From Parachlamydiales bacterium (GTDB lineage Bacteria > Chlamydiota > Chlamydiia > Chlamydiales > Rhabdochlamydiaceae), in NCBI GenBank assembly GCA_003153295.1, contig PLXY01000006.1, positions 219,829 through 283,828 on the forward strand: a stretch of 64,000 bases of DNA. Direction: 5' to 3'. A program made the translations under genes and the position numbers. Below, piece by piece: positions 25,482-33,136 of the stretch (its first letter is position 1; every line of letters begins with the position of its first letter). The notes below the pieces were generated by a model. It did no database searches and was not told where the DNA came from. It was given only the letters and a program-made list of their open reading frames with translations.

Positions 25482-26357
25482 TTATTCAAAAAACGCCTCA
25501 AGAAATCGACGATTAGTTTTATACAAAGCAGCGCTGCTACTTTTCCAGGTTCCTCGCTTCACTGTAAATCCAATGGTAGCAATTGTTCTGCTCAGCCTCA
25601 AGAGAGGCATCAATTCTTTGTAATGAGGCACAGGACGAATAGTGGCATAACCTTCTAAAAAAGATGTTCTGATCGTTGGGTGAGAAGACCATTCTCCGTT
25701 TTCCAGGGGACAAAAATCGTCTTCTGAAAAGCTAGCTCGCGCTGAAGACCAATCAATAATTCCCTGGATCTTACTGTTATTAATGATCAAATTCCCGGGA
25801 CGAAAATCGCGGTGTATAATACAGGGGCCGTCGACTGAATCCAGGAGATGGATATGAGCATTGTAGTAACTACGGCATTGATCAATCAACGTTTGAGGTA
25901 AATGAAGACTGCATTCATCCAACCCTTCTTCAAATTTCAAAGTAAAATGAACTCTCGGATCAGAGGTCAAACTTTCTGGCTGTATGAGGTCTCCATAGCC
26001 CGTCGTACGGTTAAGATGTATTTGCGCAAGTAGAGAACCTATTTCATAAGCTAGAGCATTTGTGAGATCTGTTTTTTTGAGCACTGTCCCTGGTAAACAC
26101 TCCAATAAAAGAGCGCCATGGACATTTGTTGTTGGTTCCACGAGCTGGACGATTCTTGGTACCGGCAATTTATTGGCAAAATATCTTAAGAAATAGACTT
26201 CACGTCGATAGTCATTGGGCCGTTCGCAGATTTTTATAATCAGCTCAACACCATCTGGTTGTGTGATCTTGTAGACAGTAGCAACGATTGCATCCTCATG
26301 TTCAATGCGGGAAAAGGTAGCATTCTGGAGATGAAAATGTTGTCGATAATAATTCAT
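25482..26357 (-). CDS. aminoglycoside/choline-kinase-family phosphotransferase
   Basis: Brenner motif IIHRDFRPGNLIINNSKIQGIIDWSSA. The start was chosen at the internal MNYYRQ to avoid a 49-nt overlap; the track ORF extends to 26414. Confidence 0.8.
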   Translation of the reverse strand: MNYYRQHFHLQNATFSRIEHEDAIVATVYKITQPDGVELIIKICERPNDYRREVYFLRYFANKLPVPRIVQLVEPTTNVHGALLLECLPGTVLKKTDLTNALAYEIGSLLAQIHLNRTTGYGDLIQPESLTSDPRVHFTLKFEEGLDECSLHLPQTLIDQCRSYYNAHIHLLDSVDGPCIIHRDFRPGNLIINNSKIQGIIDWSSARASFSEDDFCPLENGEWSSHPTIRTSFLEGYATIRPVPHYKELMPLLRLSRTIATIGFTVKRGTWKSSSAALYKTNRRFLEAFFE

Positions 26358-26365
26358 TTTTGCCT

Positions 26366-27202
26366 TTAGCAACGGCTTAGGGGTGAAATCATAAACGGCT
26401 TGACTCGAGGCCAATTTCCATGAATTAAGAGGTGGTCCTTGTCATAAAGATAAGGTTCCGCGCTGGCTGCATCTGTTAAACGATCGGGGGAAAAATAGAA
26501 GTAGATGTCATCAATCGGAGCCGGTAAATGATCAAGAATCAACTCAAGGGAAGGAATTTTGCTAGTAATAATGTCATAGAGATGCAAAGTCTTGTCCTCT
26601 ATTACATAAGAAATAAGGCCGTTAAGAGACGGACTGTAGTAAAGCGACCAGAAGGTAGGATAGGTAGCAAAAAGCGTATGAAAAGGAGCAATAGTGCCAT
26701 TGTCTTTCACCCATACATGATTAGACAGAGGTGCGCGATTGCCAAAACAGTCAAGAAAAAGAGGATTATCTTTTGGAGTAGAGAGGGGTATTAAAGATTG
26801 GGAACCTTTGGGTCGTTTACACGACAAATGAAACCTGTATTCCTGAACATTTTGAAAGGAAAGTTTTTCGTAAAATGAGGGAATTTTTGAGAATAGGATC
26901 ACAAATTCATATTCTTTTTGAGCCCATTTTAGAACTTCTTGAATCAATTCCGATGACAAGCCCTGACCGCGATGGGAAGCTTTCGTGCAGATAGCATGAA
27001 GAGCTCCAGTTTTGTGCCATCGGCCTTCGATCAATAGGGGATACTCTAAAAAACCAACATGAGAAAGAATTTTCCCTTTAGCTTCTTTGAAAAATGGCTT
27101 GGATTCCCAAGGAAATCCAACCGTATTGCAACGAATAATGTTGGACTTAAGACCTGGGAAGGATTCTTCAAGTAAATTTAAGTAGGCGTTTTGTTCAGTC
27201 AT
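26366..27202 (-). CDS. GNAT N-acetyltransferase (Eis-like two-domain layout)
   Basis: The acetyl-CoA motif is LHAICTKASHRGQGLSSELIQEVLKWAQ. An additional C-terminal domain of about 150 aa is present. Confidence 0.75.
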   Translation of the reverse strand: MTEQNAYLNLLEESFPGLKSNIIRCNTVGFPWESKPFFKEAKGKILSHVGFLEYPLLIEGRWHKTGALHAICTKASHRGQGLSSELIQEVLKWAQKEYEFVILFSKIPSFYEKLSFQNVQEYRFHLSCKRPKGSQSLIPLSTPKDNPLFLDCFGNRAPLSNHVWVKDNGTIAPFHTLFATYPTFWSLYYSPSLNGLISYVIEDKTLHLYDIITSKIPSLELILDHLPAPIDDIYFYFSPDRLTDAASAEPYLYDKDHLLIHGNWPRVKPFMISPLSRC

Positions 27203-27282
27203 GTCGAGTCATGAATAAGATCAGCGTCGATTATAAGTTTTGAGTCATGCAGTTGTCTAGAGATTTAGCTAGTTAAAAAAAT

Positions 27283-27325
27283 GGGACGGGCTGGGATTAA
27301 ACCACTGACCAACGGGTAATGAGTC
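27283..27325 (-). repeat. degenerate copy of the tRNA(CAU) 3' end (old att-like remnant)
   Basis: GGGACGGGCTGGGATTAAACCACTGACCAACGGGTAATGAGTC matches 37753-37795 at 37 of 43 positions, in the same orientation. Confidence 0.55.
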
Positions 27326-27628
27326 GCTTTTCCTTCCACACACCATCATAAGACAGAACACATAGGAATAGATAAATCAATAGTTTTGGAGCCACCATTT
27401 GTATTGTTTTGTGCCATTTTTGTTTTCCAGTCTAATGCCTAAAATTTGCGTAGAGCCATTGGGGATGATCCTGCTATAAAGAGTTATTCTTGAACGATCC
27501 CTAAGTGCTAACGTAGGGACAATGGATTCTTTTAATAATCGAGGAATGTCGATTACAGAATGTATATTTTGAGGACTGTAAAATTGTTGGGGCTGAGCTC
27601 TTTAATAGGGAAAAATTTGAGAGGCGTA

Positions 27629-28447
27629 ATGAGAATTTTTTTTTATTTTATGATTTTCATTTTGAGCTTATGCAGTTCTAAGGTGTCAGCGGATATAAGA
27701 GCTCTCATCCTGATTGTGGCATCTGATAATGAACCCATCTATGCAGAGTTTCAGAAAATTTGGCGATCATACATGCATTTAGATCCTGAGCATATCGAGG
27801 TGTATTTTGTAAAAGCGGATCCAAATTTATCTTCGAAGGTACAGATAGTCGGTGACACGATTTGGTGCCAAACAACTCAGGAGTATGATGGAATTATTCT
27901 GAAAACTCTTTATGCACTTGAGTCTATGTTACCCGCTGTCCTAAATAGATTCGATTATGTGTTGAGAACAAATTTATCCACATTTTGCATCTTTCCTAGA
28001 TTTTTAGATTATTTAAGAACACTACCTAAAACAGGTTGCTTCAGTGGAACTGGCCTAGACGCGGTCCTTGCTAGTGGAAATGGACTCATTTTCTCTTCCG
28101 ACATAGCTGAATTTTTGGTTGCAAATCAAGACAATGTGCTTAATCATATTCCATCTTATTTAGGGGATGACGGTCTCATCAGCGATTTTTTGTATAGCCG
28201 CGGCATCCGATTGATTCCCCACAAATTTATGTTGTGGGTACCCAATTTCAAAGAGTGGGAGAACATCAAGGTTTCAATCCCATCCAATATTTTCCAAGTG
28301 CGCGTTAGAACAGAAAACCGCATCCCAGATGATCAGATCATTCACTCAGATTTACTGCATATGTTCTATTTATCTAAGCAACTGCTTTTAGACCGACTCT
28401 TGCCTCTGCACAATCTCGGCACCGATCTTAGCCTTATCAGCTCTTGA
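27629..28447 (+). CDS. secreted/membrane-anchored hypothetical protein, weakly glycosyltransferase (Fringe/GT-A)-like
   Basis: N-terminal signal/anchor MRIFFYFMIFILSLCSS. FDYVLRTNLSTF and LGDDGLISDFL loosely recall GT-A galactosyltransferase motifs. The track ORF begins at 27560. Confidence 0.45.
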   Translation: MRIFFYFMIFILSLCSSKVSADIRALILIVASDNEPIYAEFQKIWRSYMHLDPEHIEVYFVKADPNLSSKVQIVGDTIWCQTTQEYDGIILKTLYALESMLPAVLNRFDYVLRTNLSTFCIFPRFLDYLRTLPKTGCFSGTGLDAVLASGNGLIFSSDIAEFLVANQDNVLNHIPSYLGDDGLISDFLYSRGIRLIPHKFMLWVPNFKEWENIKVSIPSNIFQVRVRTENRIPDDQIIHSDLLHMFYLSKQLLLDRLLPLHNLGTDLSLISS

Positions 28448-28737
28448 TTGACTGCTATTGCTGCTTTGACCTGCGCCCTTCGGATAGGGGTCTTGATGTT
28501 CACGAGAAAGGTGGGTTAGTTTTTTGGAATGATTAACGGGGCGGTGGTTTGGGGTTCGTGGAGCCCTATCGTTTTAGTTTTTCAGTAGGTAATGAATTCA
28601 AGCTCAAGCCCTCAAGCCCGAGGGGCCGCCTTCGCCTGAATGGATAGCTACAGCTAAGGTAAATTGCCATGCCTGTGCTGACGGCATTGCGTTGATAATT
28701 TAAGCCTTGCAACATCTTGCAAATCAATTAGTTGCCT

Positions 28738-28860
28738 ATCAACTCAGCGGAATCCCATATTTTTTTATAGATTCTGCAACTTTTAGCATAAAAGTTGCAG
28801 AATCTCACTTTTTTTGACACATTCTGCGAGTTTTATGCTAACAGCTGCAGAATCTTGCTT
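28738..28860. repeat. 50-bp-period tandem hairpin array (copy 1)
   Basis: GC(G/A)GAATC occurs at 28747, 28797 and 28847. (G/C)ATTCTGC occurs at 28770 and 28820. A perfect 17-bp-arm hairpin AGATTCTGCAACTTTTA-GCA-TAAAAGTTGCAGAATCT spans 28769-28805. About 92 bp are roughly 93 percent identical to 33016-33107. Confidence 0.8.
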
Positions 28861-28875
28861 CCCATATCATCAATT

Positions 28876-28926
28876 TGGGGCAGGGTGGGATTGAACCACC
28901 GACCAAAGGGTTATGAGTCCGCCGCT
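28876..28926 (-). repeat. 51-nt near-perfect direct repeat of the tRNA(CAU) 3' half (attR-like island boundary)
   Basis: TGGGGCAGGGTGGGATTGAACCACCGACCAAAGGGTTATGAGTCCGCCGCT equals 37752-37802 with a single C-to-A difference, in the same orientation. Confidence 0.8.
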
Positions 28927-29035
28927 TCATAAGGTTCTTTTCTAAGCAAGGAACTTGCCCATGCCGGTATCATTTGAATCGGTCTTCGCGTCTATTCAAA
29001 GAGGGTCAAGATAAGTTGGCTTATTTGACCTTTGA

Positions 29036-32000
29036 TTAGAAACGGAGGGCGACGACGAATCCAACATCTTGAGCCCAATATCTACTGCCTATTTCAGCAT
29101 CATAATAGATCAAGGCATCCACCATACCACAGGCGCGTTGATAGGTGAGGGCTAGACCTGGAGAGAACAAGTTGCGTTCGAAGTTCCTGCCTTTGCCTAA
29201 GAAGCTGCAGGTAGAGCTCACGAAGTTGGCATGGTAGTTCTTGCTAGAGCCTGGGGTTTGGTTGATGTATGCTAGTTTGAGTGTAGGAGCAAACACCCCT
29301 CTGCAACCACAGTATTTGGTGCTGATTAGAATTCCACCGTCCCCTTGGAAGAGTGTCCCATTTTTGGTCTTCACATGCAGGTCAAGGCTTTTAGCCCCTT
29401 TTTCGGTGTAGCTATCTTCATGCAGCCCTACATAATCTAGATTGATGTAAGGGGTCCATTGAAAGTTGCTTGAGCACACTTGATAGCCCACGCCGAAATT
29501 GGTCAGCCACTCATTCCCGCTGTGATGAGAGTGAGCATGTCTGTTGATCGTTCCGAAGTGGAGATGACGCGTGGTTCTATAGTTATTGTGTGCGCCGAGA
29601 AAAGCCGCGTTGATGTAAAAACCATCGTGATTCCAACGACCGTATAATCCTCCGTAGAAGCTGTTAACGTTAGCTTTGCCGTAAGATTGTTGCCAATGGA
29701 ACATATCGTGGGTATAGCTGAAGGCAGCTCCTAGAACCAAGTGATGAATGCGGTAATCGGCACCGATCGTAGCACCGACAGTGGTGTCGTTATATCCAAA
29801 GAGGTTATGTGATTTGTTTTGATGTTGCCATTGTCCGGTAATATCGCTCCAGAAGCTAATGGTCCTCCCACAGCACCAATCTTCGTTTAATCGAAGCTCT
29901 TGCATGTGTTTGGTATAGGTGGAACGGACGAGGATGGCATCGAGCAGCTGAACCTGAGAAATGTCAGAGAGCTGCGCAGGCCCCATTTGCCCGAAAGCTT
30001 TCTGGATATCGTCGAAACTTAGCCCAATCAATACAGCATTCACAGCAGTTGTATCGGATCCAGCGGGAGCGGTGATATAGCAGCTCGCAGCTTTCTTGGC
30101 GTTGCCTTTGAGGCTGAGAGAATCGAATGGCAAATAAATCAGTTGGACGGTCAAAGGATCATAGATCAAGCTCATGAGAGCGGGGACGGTGCTTGTTAGC
30201 GAAGAGAATGTTCCTGAAACACCCGTGCCAGTGCTGATGATAGTATAGGTGAGTGGAGTTGTGAAGCCAAGGTCATCAGGAGTAACAACGACGCTACCGC
30301 CAATCTGAGCAGATCCGGAAGCGATAATCTGATCGCTACTCCCTGAGGAGTTGACTTCAACATTATAGACACTTGTAGAGCCTAGCAAGAGATCAGTGGT
30401 ATGGACGGTGCCGATGGAATTGCCTGGCGAGATTGTCCCACTGCTACTGATGTTTCCGCTGACTGTGGCGTTGCCCGATAGTGTGCCGGCAGATTCAATA
30501 GACAAATCTCCGACAACGGATCCATTCAGATTAAGAGTTCCCGATTGGACTGTGGTGCCCCCGACATATGTATTATTCCCGTTCAGGCTGACGGTCCCGG
30601 TGCCGGTTGTCAGTAATCCAGGGCTTGAGATGAAAGATCCAGCTCCGCAAATGGGATTAGTAATGGTAAATGTTCCGTTGATCTGTAAGGTTAAGTTGCC
30701 CCCCGATTGGATAAAAATATCATTTCCAAGAGATGATCCGTTTCCTCCATTAAATCCGCTTGTGGCCGTGCCTCCGATCCCAGCAGTCGTCGAGTTACCG
30801 GAAAAATTTGTGCCGTCTTGAATGATGAGAACGGCGCCTGTTTGAATATAGATGGCCCCTCCAAGTCCGGAACCTCCTCCTCCGCCCGCTGACAGTCCTG
30901 CTCCCGAACCGCCGGATCCGCCGAGCCCATTGGGATCTATTCCACCCGTGCTGCCGCCACCTCCTCCCGCTCCAAAACCTCCATTGCCGCCAGTGGTACT
31001 AGAAGAAGCTCCTCCGCCTCCGCCGAGAGATCCCCCATTCCCCCCAGGACCAAGGTATCCGCCGCCGCCGCCGCTTGCCCCATCGCCTGCGCCTCCTCCT
31101 CCGTAACCTCCGCCGGGGCCGCCGACGCCGTAAGTGTTATTTGCACCGAAGCCAAGGCCGCCATGGCCACCTATACCAGGAGGAGGGGCACTAGATCCAG
31201 CGCTACCACCCCCACTAGAACCACCGCCTCCGCCGCCACCTCCACCTTCCGTGGTAGTCCCCGCGCCACCCGGACCACCCGATGTGGCAGGCATAGCTGC
31301 ATTGGAACCTCCAGCTCCCGCTGGGTGAGCGGGAGTGGTGCCGACCCCTGCGCCTCCGCCGCCAGCGCCTCCGTAGTTTTGGAACGTGTTGGGAGAACCC
31401 GCATGGTTTCCCGTTGTGGCTCCAATGGTTCCACCGGCATTGCCACCGCCTCCGCCGCCAGCACCATTAGTTGCGCTTGCTGAACCGCCGCCGCCGCCGC
31501 CGAAGCCTCCACCACCGCCACCGGAGGTGCCAGCGGCGTGGCCAGCTCCCCCAGCGCCGCCGCTGGCTTGGTTGGTATTGAGAGCCACAGTAGAGATAGT
31601 CATGACGGTACCTTCGTGTACGTAGAGAGCGCCGCCCCCGCCAGTGCCTCCGCCTCCGCTGGTGAAGCCAGATCCACCAGGACCACCTTGCGAAAGACCA
31701 TTCTGAATAGTGAGGTCAGAAATAGTTGCCGAGCCTTGGCCCAACGAGAAAACTGGATGAGCACTACCCCCATCGATGGTCACGCCGTAGCCAAGAATAG
31801 TCAGCGTTGATGAATTTTTTCCTATAGCCGGCAGGGGAGTTGATAAGGAGATTGTTTCTCCGGCGATCATTGAGCAGTCGATGATGGTGTCATCTACTAC
31901 GACGTTTTGAAGAGCGAGATTCAGCGAGCCGCTGGTACCGCCATCGTTGTCAGTGACATAAATGGTGGTAGATCCGTAGATCAATGGGTTTTCGATAGTG

Positions 32001-32059
32001 AAAGCAAAGAGAAGCTGCCACAAGAATGCAGGGAACTTTTTCATGGATTTACGAAACAC
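29036..32059 (-). CDS. autotransporter / polymorphic-membrane-protein-like adhesin with an extreme glycine-rich passenger
   Basis: Signal peptide MKKFPAFLWQLLFAFT. Pmp-like GGAI/FxxN elements are present (GGAIYIQTG, NFSGNST). About 270 aa are GGxGG low complexity. The C-terminal beta-barrel domain (..FSYTHD..YGGLYGRW..NFGVGYQV..) ends in the aromatic ALRF. Confidence 0.85.
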   Translation of the reverse strand: MFRKSMKKFPAFLWQLLFAFTIENPLIYGSTTIYVTDNDGGTSGSLNLALQNVVVDDTIIDCSMIAGETISLSTPLPAIGKNSSTLTILGYGVTIDGGSAHPVFSLGQGSATISDLTIQNGLSQGGPGGSGFTSGGGGTGGGGALYVHEGTVMTISTVALNTNQASGGAGGAGHAAGTSGGGGGGFGGGGGGSASATNGAGGGGGGNAGGTIGATTGNHAGSPNTFQNYGGAGGGGAGVGTTPAHPAGAGGSNAAMPATSGGPGGAGTTTEGGGGGGGGGSSGGGSAGSSAPPPGIGGHGGLGFGANNTYGVGGPGGGYGGGGAGDGASGGGGGYLGPGGNGGSLGGGGGASSSTTGGNGGFGAGGGGGSTGGIDPNGLGGSGGSGAGLSAGGGGGSGLGGAIYIQTGAVLIIQDGTNFSGNSTTAGIGGTATSGFNGGNGSSLGNDIFIQSGGNLTLQINGTFTITNPICGAGSFISSPGLLTTGTGTVSLNGNNTYVGGTTVQSGTLNLNGSVVGDLSIESAGTLSGNATVSGNISSSGTISPGNSIGTVHTTDLLLGSTSVYNVEVNSSGSSDQIIASGSAQIGGSVVVTPDDLGFTTPLTYTIISTGTGVSGTFSSLTSTVPALMSLIYDPLTVQLIYLPFDSLSLKGNAKKAASCYITAPAGSDTTAVNAVLIGLSFDDIQKAFGQMGPAQLSDISQVQLLDAILVRSTYTKHMQELRLNEDWCCGRTISFWSDITGQWQHQNKSHNLFGYNDTTVGATIGADYRIHHLVLGAAFSYTHDMFHWQQSYGKANVNSFYGGLYGRWNHDGFYINAAFLGAHNNYRTTRHLHFGTINRHAHSHHSGNEWLTNFGVGYQVCSSNFQWTPYINLDYVGLHEDSYTEKGAKSLDLHVKTKNGTLFQGDGGILISTKYCGCRGVFAPTLKLAYINQTPGSSKNYHANFVSSTCSFLGKGRNFERNLFSPGLALTYQRACGMVDALIYYDAEIGSRYWAQDVGFVVALRF

Positions 32060-32310
32060 AAATGGTCACCAAATTAGTCGCAGAAAAGGGAAAACATTTT
32101 AACTGCACACTAACAAGAGATAACATGAAAAACAATTTTTTTTTAAATACTCTCTTGAATATCAACTCAGCGGAATCTCGGTTTTTTACTTACTTTCCTC
32201 TGGGTTTGAGATCGCATTTTATTTAGACCAGAATGGGGGCTAGTTAAGGATTCTTGAAGATAAAAACATTAGGAAACAAATGAAAGCTTTTCTACATTTG
32301 AATCCTCATA

Positions 32311-32961
32311 ATGGAGGATACAATGAAGCAAGTCATAAAAGGTATGATCTTTCTACTTATGGTATTGGTCTGTCGTCAAGGGGTAGCAAATGGCAACAAA
32401 CAAGAAAAAATCAGTTGGAAGTTATTCCAAGTTGACGAGAGAGCCGTTCTCATCAGTAATGATCATGAGATATGGTTATTACATGGATTACAACCCAATA
32501 AGCTAACCTGGAGTGAATGGGTATGGAGAGAAGATGTACCACAACCGGATGCTTGCTATTTTTTCAATATGGAAAAATGGGAAGAAGGCAAGAAGATCTC
32601 TATTGTTTATTTTCCTTGGCAAGATTGCGCGTGGAAAGACACCTATCGCAATGATGCTTCTTTATTGCAACGCTGTGATTATGTGATCGAAAATGATGCT
32701 TGCAAGACTCGTGTTTTTGCAAAACCAGTTCAGATAGATGAAGTGAAGTCACTGTATGCTAATCTTCGTGAACGTGCGTCCGACCTAGTAAGGAGAGGCT
32801 TTTTCGGGCATGCAGCAGGACTACTTGAACAGGAACTTGTGTTTATCAACTTCAAAGAGAAAGTCTTAACAGAATGTAAAAATAAAATGGAAAGAAAGCC
32901 TTTTGATGGGCAATATACGGCATTTTATGAAAAACATGGACCTTTCGACCAGATAAATTGA
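32311..32961 (+). CDS. secreted hypothetical protein (Trp/Cys-rich)
   Basis: Signal peptide MKQVIKGMIFLLMVLVCRQGVANG. I recognise no family. The start may be at 32323. Confidence 0.5.
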   Translation: MEDTMKQVIKGMIFLLMVLVCRQGVANGNKQEKISWKLFQVDERAVLISNDHEIWLLHGLQPNKLTWSEWVWREDVPQPDACYFFNMEKWEEGKKISIVYFPWQDCAWKDTYRNDASLLQRCDYVIENDACKTRVFAKPVQIDEVKSLYANLRERASDLVRRGFFGHAAGLLEQELVFINFKEKVLTECKNKMERKPFDGQYTAFYEKHGPFDQIN

Positions 32962-32992
32962 AGAAAAAAATTCTGAGTTTTTTGCTTAAGCT

Positions 32993-33124
32993 AGCGGAAT
33001 CTCACACCTTTCCAGAGATTCTGCAACTTTTATGCTAAAAGCTGCAGAATCCCACTTTTTTTGACAGATTCTGCGAGTTTTATGCTAAAAGCTGCAGAAT
33101 CTTGCTTTTAATTCCCGATTCTGC
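32993..33124. repeat. 50-bp-period tandem hairpin array (copy 2), ending 12 nt before the ATPase ATG
   Basis: GC(G/A)GAATC occurs at 32994, 33044 and 33094. GATTCTGC occurs at 33017, 33067 and 33117, with exact 50-bp spacing. The hairpins are AGATTCTGCAACTTTTA-TGC-TAAAAGCTGCAGAATC and ATTCTGCGAGTTTTA..TAAAAGCTGCAGAAT. Confidence 0.8.
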
Positions 33125-33136
33125 GAGATTTAAAGG

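Noticed and set aside
28738-28860. The short periodic palindromic repeats here and at 32993-33124 superficially resemble a CRISPR array.
   Set aside because: There are only 2-3 units, with a 50-bp period and conserved spacers of about 13-15 nt rather than unique spacers of 30-40 nt. No cas genes are in the window.
30396-31810. A stack of plus-strand ORFs (for example 30852-31106, 31134-31328, 31386-31625) encoding proline/alanine-rich peptides.
   Set aside because: They are the mirror image of the glycine-rich (GGN codon) passenger region of the minus-strand autotransporter. The low-complexity composition explains the open frames.
33016-33107. The imperfect palindromes might be integron attC sites flanking gene cassettes.
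   Set aside because: The arm ends do not fit the RYYYAAC / GTTRRRY core-site consensus. No IntI-type integrase or attI site is visible. The cassette orientation is mixed.
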